Source: a virus
IMG/VR virus record: IMGVR_UViG_3300002460_000077
Location: 1 to 40,543 of that record
DNA: 40,543 nucleotides
Strand: one strand, 5' to 3'
Of the stretch, positions 12,515-21,516 are shown piece after piece. The number at the start of each line of letters is the position of its first letter. Position 1 is the stretch's first letter. Under the pieces are notes generated by a model. It ran no database searches. It was not told the origin of the DNA and saw only the letters and a list, made by a program, of their open reading frames with translations. The translations under genes and the position numbers were made by a program.

Positions 12515-14749
12515 TTATTGTGTTGGTTGCTGTTCTTCAATGAACCCCACAAAATCCTGAACATCTTCGTCTTTTTTGTATTTCTGTGACAGCGTATTGG
12601 TCAAAATCGGCAAGGACTCAATCGGCCTTCTGCTATTTTCAGAAAGCCAGTTTACAATTTTAGGGTTGGTCATCCACTTTGCCGCTCCGTATGCTGTCGC
12701 TGGCCCAACTACCGCGCCGACGGCTGGGAGCACATTGCCGGTTACAAGGGAGAGAAGAACACCACCACCAAGCGTTCGATCTAAAGAGATTGCCTGTTGA
12801 GTGCCAGACACATTTCGGAAAACCTTTGACCCTGTGCGGATGTTTTCCGCAACCTTTGCGATTGAGTCAAGGGATTTTGCATATTTTGGGTCAATGTTTG
12901 AAAACAAAGCCGATTTTGCCCGAGGATCGATCTTGTTCCAGTTTGTCAAGAATGTTTCTGTAGAAAAAACATCCCCCGCCACGTTTTGGTTTCCAGATGT
13001 TGCCTTTCCCATTGTTCGCAAAAATTCATGCGCCATCTTTTTGCGGGTATCAGGTGGCATGCTCCGCAATACTTTGTTAATTAGCGTCGGTCCTTCCTTT
13101 GCTTCGCCTGTCGCCGCCGAGTAGATTTTTTCATAAGTTTTGTTCGACATAACATTTTCCAGCACATCCATCCTCCCCTGCCCTGCCTTATAAAACTTGG
13201 TGGCCCTCGACAGAAGAGGAATGGCGTCGGCGGGTAAGCCTTGTTCAATGTCTCTCGATATGGCCCCGTAAAGCTGTTTTATTTCAGATTTGGGAATATC
13301 CGCCACCAAGTCGGAAGAATCTAGCAAGTAACCGATCCTGGTACGCAGTTCCTTCAACGCGCTGTATGGTAATTGCCGCCCTTTTGCAAGCTCTGCCAAG
13401 TCGTTTTTCAGCATCTGAGGAAGTTCTTCTTTTAATACTTGCGACAGTTCCCCCTTCCTGGCGTTCAACTCATCAATAACGATGCTTGTCCTTTTTCCCC
13501 CGGACAAAGATTTTGATCCAAGCCGTTGGGAAACCGTTTCTTCCGCTGTAGCTTGGTCAATCATCTGCCGCGTAAGGTCGTCAATCTCGCCCTGAACTTG
13601 GTTTATGTCTGCCAGGGTGTTTTGTACGTTGGTACGCCGCTTGGCAATAGTCTCTCCAGTATCTGCGACAATATTCCCCTTTATTCTGGCCAGCTTTGGA
13701 TTTATAAACTCTTCCGAGGTTTGACGGGCACCCCTGATTCTGGATGTTAATTTTGACAAAGTATCGAGGGTGTTTTTAACGCCTATCGGCTGAGAAGGTT
13801 GTACCACATTATCGATAGCGTCATAAAGTTCTGCGGCCTTTGCCTTAAATCCTTCCGCAAATGTGCCAACCCCTTCTTTTATGCTTTTGCCAACAGATAC
13901 CCGGCCCCCGGATCTACCGGCAATTTCTTCGATAGTTTGGGCTATGTCGTCCGCCTGCGCTGTCGCTTTTTCGTTTATTACCCCGGCACTTCCAGGGCTG
14001 CGAGACAGAAAGCTTTCAACGGCTTGCGGCCCTCTTCGCTGTGTTGCTTGCCCGACTGTCGGGGCTGTCCCTGCCTGCTTGAATGTGTCGATGTTTTCAG
14101 CAACTCTTCCCGCACCACCAGGGCCGCGAATCACACGCCTAGTCATGTTTGGGACTTGCCCAGCCATAACAGGGGCCATGCTGCCCACAATACCTGCGGC
14201 CATTTGGGCACCTTCACCGCCGCCGCTCTCGCGCACCATCCCAGCAGCACCCGCGCCAGTTGCCCCGCTTACCGCTTGCGCTACTGGTTGCGCTGAAATG
14301 GCTGTCTTTATTGCCTGGCCAGCAGCAGAAACAGGGCGCATTGCCGCGCCAGCAGCAGGAAACGACATGGCGCCAGATACCCCACGAATAACGTCCCCAC
14401 CGACAGAAGTGTCACGTTCTGCCCCTCCTGCGTCAAAAAGCTTGCCAAGCTCTTCAGATGGCATGGACAAGTAAGGGATAGTCTTTCCCGTGGCCTTATT
14501 AACCCCCATCACCCCATAGTTGATAAGGGTGTTCATGGCATCACCAACGGCAAGAGGTAAGCCAGCCGCCCCTTCAACCACAGACCGCGCCCCTGATTTT
14601 ATATCTGAAATTGCAGAACCACCTTGACCTACATCCTTACCGTCCACAGATACAACCTCGACGGAAGGGGTAGATTTTGTCGTTGGTTCGTCAAACTTGT
14701 CAAACGGGTTTGCCTCAGTCGCGTCAAACTGGTCGAAAGGGTTTGCCAT
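12515..14749 (-). CDS. Large internal virion / ejection protein (putative), 744 aa
   Basis: Ala/Gly-rich N-terminal third, long helical middle; third of three consecutive large low-complexity genes after the tail genes; no tape-measure context. Confidence 0.45.
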   Translation of the reverse strand: MANPFDQFDATEANPFDKFDEPTTKSTPSVEVVSVDGKDVGQGGSAISDIKSGARSVVEGAAGLPLAVGDAMNTLINYGVMGVNKATGKTIPYLSMPSEELGKLFDAGGAERDTSVGGDVIRGVSGAMSFPAAGAAMRPVSAAGQAIKTAISAQPVAQAVSGATGAGAAGMVRESGGGEGAQMAAGIVGSMAPVMAGQVPNMTRRVIRGPGGAGRVAENIDTFKQAGTAPTVGQATQRRGPQAVESFLSRSPGSAGVINEKATAQADDIAQTIEEIAGRSGGRVSVGKSIKEGVGTFAEGFKAKAAELYDAIDNVVQPSQPIGVKNTLDTLSKLTSRIRGARQTSEEFINPKLARIKGNIVADTGETIAKRRTNVQNTLADINQVQGEIDDLTRQMIDQATAEETVSQRLGSKSLSGGKRTSIVIDELNARKGELSQVLKEELPQMLKNDLAELAKGRQLPYSALKELRTRIGYLLDSSDLVADIPKSEIKQLYGAISRDIEQGLPADAIPLLSRATKFYKAGQGRMDVLENVMSNKTYEKIYSAATGEAKEGPTLINKVLRSMPPDTRKKMAHEFLRTMGKATSGNQNVAGDVFSTETFLTNWNKIDPRAKSALFSNIDPKYAKSLDSIAKVAENIRTGSKVFRNVSGTQQAISLDRTLGGGVLLSLVTGNVLPAVGAVVGPATAYGAAKWMTNPKIVNWLSENSRRPIESLPILTNTLSQKYKKDEDVQDFVGFIEEQQPTQ

Positions 14750-15967
14750 TTACATGCCCTCCGGCAAGTAACCGTATTTTGCTTTGAACTGCGGGCCAAG
14801 AGCTGGGTTATTTTTCAGCATCTCTACAGCTGCTGAAGGGGCAGTATTATTTCCATTTTGCTGTGGCCCTGCATATTTTTGGTGCAAGTTTTTTATCGTT
14901 CCGAGAGCTGCTTTTCTTGTAGAAGTAGGCACCGTGCTGTCTCCAATCTGTCCAGCCATTTGCCTATATAACGCGGTGTCTTTATCTGATTGCGGGCCCT
15001 CCATCCTTGGCATAGCCATCATCAGTCCACCTTCTAATGCCTTGAGCTGAGCTGTCGCCTTTGCCCCCTTTGTTGAAAGGCCTACCGATCTTCCGGCAAA
15101 GTCTACCCCCGTTCCTATAAAGCTCCCTGTGGCATCGCCTAAAAGTTTTTCAGCTTGTTCAATTAGCCCAAGTGCTTTACCCGCCCCAATCTTTGTTTTT
15201 GCTGCTGTTCCACCTTCAAAAGTTCCGGCAGCTTTCTCGCTGGCAATTTTACCCTGCAATGATGGGTCGCTGGCCGAACCTACAACGGTGGTGCCGGCAA
15301 CATCTATAGGTTCCATTTTACCGGTTCTTGCATTAAATGACATTACTCCTCCGGCTGTTTGCACAGGGGTATAGTATGGGTTACCGCCACCACCAGCCCC
15401 TCGGTTTTCAACCCGCAAAACAGTATCAGGCCTTGCAGCTTTTGGCATATCTTCCGTGGTTCCGTCCGAGTAAACAACCCGCTGCCTGTCTCCCAGATCA
15501 ATGGCCTTTTCTATTTTGCGAGGCTTTTCGTAGCCAGGAATTGCCATAGCTTTCGCGCCAGATGTAGGTGTTTTAGGAACATATTGCCCGTCCTGTATGT
15601 CGTATTCAGGCGGGTTGAGCTGGTCGTATGCCTTTGCTATTTGCTCCACGGTTTGCGGGTTGAATGGCGGGATAGGTTCTGTTGGAGGCCCGAATATCTG
15701 CTCAAGCTGCTGTGTGGCCTGCTGATATGCGGATTCCTGTTGTTCGGGTGGCAGAGCGATAATACCCTTTGCCAGCTTACCAGCGGCCATGAACCGCTCC
15801 ATTTTCTCCTTTTTCTGCACCGCATCCAGTTGAGCAAGTCCGATCTTGTTTTGTATTCCAGAATGCTGTATCTGGTTTACGGCTATGGCGTTCTGCCCAA
15901 TCGAAGCGAGTCCTGCGCGGGCAGGAGCGAAAGTGTCAAGGTTCCCAAGGCTTTGATAATCTGGCAT
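14750..15967 (-). CDS. Internal virion / ejection protein (putative), 405 aa
   Basis: Position and composition; abuts the neighbouring gene with no gap. Confidence 0.4.
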   Translation of the reverse strand: MPDYQSLGNLDTFAPARAGLASIGQNAIAVNQIQHSGIQNKIGLAQLDAVQKKEKMERFMAAGKLAKGIIALPPEQQESAYQQATQQLEQIFGPPTEPIPPFNPQTVEQIAKAYDQLNPPEYDIQDGQYVPKTPTSGAKAMAIPGYEKPRKIEKAIDLGDRQRVVYSDGTTEDMPKAARPDTVLRVENRGAGGGGNPYYTPVQTAGGVMSFNARTGKMEPIDVAGTTVVGSASDPSLQGKIASEKAAGTFEGGTAAKTKIGAGKALGLIEQAEKLLGDATGSFIGTGVDFAGRSVGLSTKGAKATAQLKALEGGLMMAMPRMEGPQSDKDTALYRQMAGQIGDSTVPTSTRKAALGTIKNLHQKYAGPQQNGNNTAPSAAVEMLKNNPALGPQFKAKYGYLPEGM

Positions 15968-15977
15968 ATTGTTCCCC

Positions 15978-17627
15978 TTATTTGTTTAGATATTGGCCAA
16001 TTTGATACTGCCCATATGCCTGTAGAGGTATTGACCCCAGGTTCGAATACATATTTGCTTGCTGCTGCCCTGCGGCAAGTTGGCCCTGCGCTATTGCTGC
16101 CCCGGAAGCCTGCTGAATATTACCGACATTCGCCCCGGTTTGCAATGCCGCGCTTCCAGATTGTGCTGCCGCTCCAGCCCCTATCTTGGCCAGATCTAGT
16201 TGTCTATTATACCCTTGCTGGTTGACTAGGTTTTCAAGCCCCACCACTTGTGCCCCACGGTTAAAATAATCTTGGTCATACCCCTGCTGCGCACCATATA
16301 AAGTTGTCGTGTTGCCGAATTGCCGTTGTGCCTCCGCCGCCGCTCTCGCATAATTAGCAGCATCTACATTGTACTGTGTGGTGTCGGTGGAGCTTTGTAG
16401 CCCAAACAGTTTTTCCAGCCGGGAAAGATCGCGTTCAATATCCCCGGCGCTTTGTGTGTAGCCCATTTGGTCGGTGCCAGATGTTTGTGTGTATTGCTGC
16501 CCAAGAAGCCCGGCTTGTCTGGTAATATCTCCGGCTGTTTCACCATACCGTATTCCGCCCAATCCGGTTTCCATCCCGTAAAGTTGGCCGAACTGGCCGA
16601 GGCTCCTGGTATAATTCCCCTCTTGCCGCCCATATTCTTGCTCAATCAGGGGCAAAATATTACGGATAATTGCATCTTCAGATGTTGATGATCCAGAAAG
16701 TCCCTGCGCAGACATTCTGTTATTAAGAGTCCGCATCAGTTCATTTTTGCTGGCCTGGAAATAAGGCGAATTTTCATCAAAGGTTATATTCGGATTTAAC
16801 GCCTCCGCTTGCCCAATAAACCCTTGCGCTCTGTCATAGTTTTGGGCGGCTAATGGATTGATGTCGGCAAGCCGTCCCGTTAAATCACGCTGGCCGGTTA
16901 AATCCTGCGCGGCAGCGGTGTTCATGCTGCCAACCCTTGACGTTATCGCCCGTTGGCCTGAAAGATCGACATTAACCGTTGGATTTATGGCTCTACCGGC
17001 CATTTCCCCCAATGTGTTAAGAGACTCTGACCCGTAATCATATTTGTTTTTTTCCCACTGTTGCAGCATTGCATTTTCTGTTGCAAAAGGGTCTTCTCCT
17101 GGGGTTGTTTTGTAAAAATCTTCTTTGTTTGGCTCCTGGCCAGTACCACCATACGCCTCTGCTATTTGTTGTTTCCATACGTTAATATCGCTACCCTTAT
17201 ACGCCGCTGGAGTTGTTCCAGACTTATCAAGGTGCTCAGCCCACACCTTATCGTATGCCTCTTTGTATTTCGGGTCGTTCTCGTACAAATTTTGGTTTGC
17301 TGCAAAATCCTCCCCGGACATATCGTTGCGGCTAGGAGATGCGGCCACGGCTTTGTCGTATGCCGCCTGATCAAACTCCCGCGTAGACTGACCAGACAGC
17401 CGGGCAAGGTCAGAGAGAGAATTTACCCCTATATCCCGAAAGGGAGAATAATCCTCCCGCGACTGGTTGTACATGTCCCATTGTGCTTGGGTGGCTGCGT
17501 CTGCGCTTGCCGCTTGAGTATTTGCGGCGTTTTCTGCTGCGTCTGCGGCTTTCCCGCTACCGAGAATGGAACCCCCTATCCCGATAGCAGCCCCGCCCAA
17601 TATTGCTGCCGCTGTAGAAATAGCCAT
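15978..17627 (-). CDS. Internal virion / ejection protein (putative), Gln/Gly/Ala-rich, 549 aa
   Basis: Gly/Ala hydrophobic N-terminus MAISTAAAILGGAAIGIGGSILG followed by Q/N/G-rich repeats. Confidence 0.4.
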   Translation of the reverse strand: MAISTAAAILGGAAIGIGGSILGSGKAADAAENAANTQAASADAATQAQWDMYNQSREDYSPFRDIGVNSLSDLARLSGQSTREFDQAAYDKAVAASPSRNDMSGEDFAANQNLYENDPKYKEAYDKVWAEHLDKSGTTPAAYKGSDINVWKQQIAEAYGGTGQEPNKEDFYKTTPGEDPFATENAMLQQWEKNKYDYGSESLNTLGEMAGRAINPTVNVDLSGQRAITSRVGSMNTAAAQDLTGQRDLTGRLADINPLAAQNYDRAQGFIGQAEALNPNITFDENSPYFQASKNELMRTLNNRMSAQGLSGSSTSEDAIIRNILPLIEQEYGRQEGNYTRSLGQFGQLYGMETGLGGIRYGETAGDITRQAGLLGQQYTQTSGTDQMGYTQSAGDIERDLSRLEKLFGLQSSTDTTQYNVDAANYARAAAEAQRQFGNTTTLYGAQQGYDQDYFNRGAQVVGLENLVNQQGYNRQLDLAKIGAGAAAQSGSAALQTGANVGNIQQASGAAIAQGQLAAGQQQANMYSNLGSIPLQAYGQYQIGQYLNK

Positions 17628-17631
17628 AGTG

Positions 17632-18093
17632 TCATACTCCTTTTATGAAATGATGCTCAAGATGCTTGAATCCGGTTCTGTAATAATGGTCAACAACCCT
17701 TGATTCTTCCTTGTTTCCTGATGTTGCCACCACCACCGCCGTTGCTCCCCGCCTCTTGGATTCACGATAAAAGGCTTTTATCAACCTGGCCCCGGATGTC
17801 CCTCTATGTTCAGGCAAGACAAACCACCATAATTCATGGCTTATAAGCTGGCGCGCATTAAACATCCAGGGGACAATCATCCCGGCTACTGATCCGACTA
17901 TTTCACCATTTTCTATCGCTACCAAGAATATTGATGATTCTAGGTTACAATATTCCTGCATGTATCTTTCTGTCGAACCACCATCTATTTTAAGCCCTGT
18001 TCCTTCAAGCTGCTCCTGTCCAAAAAACTTCGCTGCCAATAAAGCAAGGTCTTTCGCGTCTTCTTCTTCGGCAGCACGAATCATAGTTTTCAC
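17632..18093 (-). CDS. GNAT-family N-acetyltransferase
   Basis: VAIENGEIVGSVAG...LWWFVLPEHRGTSGARLIKAF matches the acetyl-CoA-binding motif A region; GTG at 18093 overlaps the upstream TGA (alternative ATG at 18084). Confidence 0.75.
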   Translation of the reverse strand: MKTMIRAAEEEDAKDLALLAAKFFGQEQLEGTGLKIDGGSTERYMQEYCNLESSIFLVAIENGEIVGSVAGMIVPWMFNARQLISHELWWFVLPEHRGTSGARLIKAFYRESKRRGATAVVVATSGNKEESRVVDHYYRTGFKHLEHHFIKGV

Positions 18094-18407
18094 CGTGGCT
18101 CGTATATTTGATATGCAACAGTTGATGTGTCTGTCCCGCTCGATGATGTAATGGTAAAACTTGTGCCCGCTGTTCTCCCGGAAACTCGCAAAAACCCCGG
18201 TGTTCCCCCATCTGTTTGGCTAGTTAAAAAAATGCGGCTGTTTGCTGTTATGGTCGTGTCCGCAACGGTTACGGTTCCCCCTACCAGTGTGGCAACCCCC
18301 ATCACAGCGTTTAACTGCTTAAGCCACCTGGAAACAGTGCTGCAAAAGTTTCGCATCAGTTGGGGGTCTTGCACGTCCCTGGGGGGAAAGACTATTTCTT
18401 TTATCAT
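18090..18407 (-). CDS. Hypothetical virion-module protein, 105 aa
   Basis: ATG at 18407 in a TGATG overlap; Thr/Ser/Gly-rich beta-type sequence. Confidence 0.5.
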   Translation of the reverse strand: MIKEIVFPPRDVQDPQLMRNFCSTVSRWLKQLNAVMGVATLVGGTVTVADTTITANSRIFLTSQTDGGTPGFLRVSGRTAGTSFTITSSSGTDTSTVAYQIYEPR

Positions 18408-19423
18408 CACCAAATAAACCCGTCCCAATTATACCCTTGCCCAATAGTGTCCTTATATAAACGGACACTTCCGGTTGCCCAACCCATGGCAGACTCAAGT
18501 TCCCCTGCGGATAAACGATACCATATTGCAGTAGTAATAATCAACTGAACATCCGTGGTTAGATAGGCATTGAGAAAAATTGCGATATCTTCAGGTGTGG
18601 GTTTGGGGGGGTACATAATTTGTTTCGGGCCTACAGTAGAAATCCCGTTAAACCCTTTCATAACCCAAAGATCAAGCGCGTCTTGGAATGCCATCTCCTG
18701 TGATACTTTGAAATAGCCACCATCGCACCAAGATGTTCCCCAAGAGTTCTTGGCAATAAAATAATTCCCGGCGTCGTTATATCCAACAAGAAGGAACTCG
18801 TGCTGGCCCCATAGGGGGTTGTCTGGATAAGACACTCTCTGATAGGTTGATGTTGCAGGGAGGGCTTGCAGAGTGGTGCCTACATTCGCAGAGATAAGGA
18901 CCGGATACCCTGTCGCCATTGCATACTTAATCGTCTTAATAACATCTGATTCAGACACGGATAATGTGGCAATCCGGTAATACTCAGTTACCCTGTGGAG
19001 CAGCGCATCATCGTATGCTTGTTGTGACGGAGATACAGCCCACTTGGACAAATCATAAGGCCACAAGGCTTCATTCGGAAGGCCGGATTGATTCGCCGCC
19101 TTTAGAGCCACACGAGCAGTAGACCCATAGTCAGAGGTGTTGTACGGGGCAGAAAGTAGTTGCCTGCTGGTGTAATAGTTAAAGAGTTTTGATCTATCGG
19201 TGGATGTGTCGAACATCTCTGCACAGGCGCAAGTAGCAGCCGCTGTACAGCTCCCTAATCCCCCCTGAGATTCAATGGGCCTGCAAAAATTTCTTAGGTC
19301 AACTGCGTTGGGTAGAGTTACATTCGGATTTTCTCCGAACAGTATGTCTCCAGGTGTTGGTTCAAATAGATAATCTCTTGGGTCAACAGGGTCTGGGGTG
19401 AGTTTTGAGAGTTGGATTGTCAT
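18407..19423 (-). CDS. Papain-family (C1A) cysteine peptidase
   Basis: Catalytic Cys context QGGLGSCTAAAT, His in GQHEFLLVGY, Asn/Trp in IAKNSWGTSWCDGGYF. Confidence 0.8.
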   Translation of the reverse strand: MTIQLSKLTPDPVDPRDYLFEPTPGDILFGENPNVTLPNAVDLRNFCRPIESQGGLGSCTAAATCACAEMFDTSTDRSKLFNYYTSRQLLSAPYNTSDYGSTARVALKAANQSGLPNEALWPYDLSKWAVSPSQQAYDDALLHRVTEYYRIATLSVSESDVIKTIKYAMATGYPVLISANVGTTLQALPATSTYQRVSYPDNPLWGQHEFLLVGYNDAGNYFIAKNSWGTSWCDGGYFKVSQEMAFQDALDLWVMKGFNGISTVGPKQIMYPPKPTPEDIAIFLNAYLTTDVQLIITTAIWYRLSAGELESAMGWATGSVRLYKDTIGQGYNWDGFIW

Positions 19424-19424
19424 T

Positions 19425-19925
19425 TCACCATCCCGCCGTTATGTCATAAGCCGCCAATGCTGCGACCTTCTCTGCATCAGTTCCTGCGCCCTCACAAATC
19501 GCCATCAACGCATTTTTGTGGGCGTGTGAGGCAAGATAAACATTTCTCCCGTAGGCCATTGCAGCAGAAGCCATAGTCAGCATCTCGGCGGGCGTCAGAT
19601 TGTGGTCTACATTTTCCGCATCCCTGAATGCTTCAATGGTGGTGGTGTCACCTGTAACCACCCTTGCCAAAGCGCCGGAGTGCATTAGATGCACATTCGC
19701 GATGTCTTTCTGGTCACGGAGCTGGATTGTGCCGGTAAGCGCATCAGGGAAAACGTATGGGCACCCTGCGGCAATCTTCTCATCTCGTAGGGCGTCGATT
19801 TTATCACAGCATGCGGTATGGACAACGGAGTAGTCTGCCAGTCGTGCCGATTCCGCTGCATCACATGCTGCTTCTTCTTCTGCTGTAAATGGAATATTTC
19901 CTTCTGCTGTTGCGTGGTGTCTCAT
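19425..19925 (-). CDS. Tail-fibre assembly/chaperone-like protein (DUF4376-like, tentative)
   Basis: Immediately downstream of the fibre gene; the FRDAENVDHNLTPAEMLTMASAAMAYGRNVY segment resembles DUF4376. Confidence 0.4.
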   Translation of the reverse strand: MRHHATAEGNIPFTAEEEAACDAAESARLADYSVVHTACCDKIDALRDEKIAAGCPYVFPDALTGTIQLRDQKDIANVHLMHSGALARVVTGDTTTIEAFRDAENVDHNLTPAEMLTMASAAMAYGRNVYLASHAHKNALMAICEGAGTDAEKVAALAAYDITAGW

Positions 19926-19933
19926 CTGATAAC

Positions 19934-21514
19934 CTATGAATTTTTAATGCCGTATAGTCGGAAGGTGCCTGACGTTATATTTCCACTTGCCGATTGAAAC
20001 CTAATACCTGTCAATGCGGATGTACCACTGTTAGCGGCGAAACCACTTGCATTTTTAAACACCCCTGAACTATTCACAAACGATCCAGTTAAATCTATTC
20101 TTTTTGCTAATGTAGTGTCCTGTGGTGCATATATATTAAGTGTGAAACTTGCTCCTTCACCAGAGGCATTACCAAGGGCTGGAGCGATAACTACTGAGGG
20201 ACCACTGTTAGTCCCATATCCATCGTAATTGTTTATTGTCCCATCAACAATTGATATATGACCATAATACCCAGACGCCACATACGATCCGCCTATTTTC
20301 ATTAAAAGCAATAAGTTTTGTGCGTCAGTTTGAGTTTTTATCCCGGCAACCTTGATAACATAAAAATCGTAAGTCGAATCAAATGTTGTTTCAATATCTA
20401 CCGTGGCAGATGAACTTGCTATGACTGTTGACAAATGGACCCAGGCTCCACCAACCTGAGCAGTACCATCATATTTTATCCGCGACAATTTAAACTGCGT
20501 AGTCGATACGGCCCGGACAATCACCTGATCATTTACTGCACATGTTACTGTTGCACCACTCGCCACCCCGTCTATCAGCATGTTCGCCCCAGCCGTGAAC
20601 GAGCAGGCACCAGCACAGATCAACACCCGTTCTGCCCCCCCTTGTGGTGCGTTGGGAAAAGCGGTTGTGGTCGCTGTCCCCGTCCAATCAATTTGGTTCC
20701 CCGCAGCACCCCAGATGTCTGCGGTTGTTGCATGAGACGCTACGGTGGCGCGGGAAAAATTCTGCCCCCCCGCAAAGGTGTTTGACCCTAGGTCGGCTTC
20801 ACCTGCCGCAGAGGTATAATTTGTGCATCTCCAATCCCCTGCCGCATATTCAACAAACTCCGCCTCATCGTTTGCGGCTGTTGTTATACTGGTCCCGCCA
20901 GGTAAAACCAAGTCGGTTGAATGGTGGGTAAGGGTAAGGGCCCCATCAAAATGCAGTTTTATTACGGTTCCGATCGCAACGGTTGTTATTGAAGTGATCG
21001 CTGCCGTGCCGGTAACATCAAAATAGTTTCCGTCAGTGCCCACCGTCAAAGCGGTTGCGGATGCAACATCAGCCCCTTTCGCCCATTTTTGGATGCCTAC
21101 CATTCTGTTTGCGCTTTGGGAGATACCGTCAAAGACAGCATTCGTCCCATCTGAGACTACTTTGTCCCTGATCCCTTGAGTTAAAACAACCCCGGCGCCA
21201 GAAACAGGCTTAAAGGTAAGCGTATAGCTTCCGGTGGTGTTGTTGTAAACCGCCCACCGTTTCGGCATAGAATCGGGCACGGTTACGCTTATATTGCCAG
21301 TGAGAACCCCCGTGAAAACCATCTGCCCATAGAGCGCTTCTGTCAGGGTCAAGGTCACATCCGTGCTACCGGCCACGCTTTTAGACAAAATCCGATCTGA
21401 TAGCATGGTTTTAGTGGTAATGTTTTTATCACCTGCGGTTATTCCAGCAAGAAATTCCTCGGTGCCATCCGGTGTGGTTTTTTCTTCTTTCCCTGCTACC
21501 CGTACTGTTGCCAT
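19934..21514 (-). CDS. Tail fibre / receptor-binding protein (putative), 526 aa
   Basis: Gly/Thr/Ser/Ala-rich beta-type sequence; position after the nozzle-like gene. Confidence 0.55.
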   Translation of the reverse strand: MATVRVAGKEEKTTPDGTEEFLAGITAGDKNITTKTMLSDRILSKSVAGSTDVTLTLTEALYGQMVFTGVLTGNISVTVPDSMPKRWAVYNNTTGSYTLTFKPVSGAGVVLTQGIRDKVVSDGTNAVFDGISQSANRMVGIQKWAKGADVASATALTVGTDGNYFDVTGTAAITSITTVAIGTVIKLHFDGALTLTHHSTDLVLPGGTSITTAANDEAEFVEYAAGDWRCTNYTSAAGEADLGSNTFAGGQNFSRATVASHATTADIWGAAGNQIDWTGTATTTAFPNAPQGGAERVLICAGACSFTAGANMLIDGVASGATVTCAVNDQVIVRAVSTTQFKLSRIKYDGTAQVGGAWVHLSTVIASSSATVDIETTFDSTYDFYVIKVAGIKTQTDAQNLLLLMKIGGSYVASGYYGHISIVDGTINNYDGYGTNSGPSVVIAPALGNASGEGASFTLNIYAPQDTTLAKRIDLTGSFVNSSGVFKNASGFAANSGTSALTGIRFQSASGNITSGTFRLYGIKNS

Positions 21515-21516
21515 TT

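Noticed and set aside
12181-12564. 127-aa ORF overlapping the 4-TM gene
   Set aside because: It is out of frame within a well-supported membrane protein gene, is Arg/Pro/His-rich and has no SD.
13863-14474. Long plus-strand ORFs antisense to the structural genes (also 13799-14296, 15359-16225, 17061-17648, 29799-30410, 30537-31295, 7325-7876, 36480-37175, 37997-38512, 34507-34980)
   Set aside because: They are shadow ORFs opposite long minus-strand genes with recognisable products. They have low-complexity Pro/Arg/Ser/Cys-rich translations and no SD sequences.
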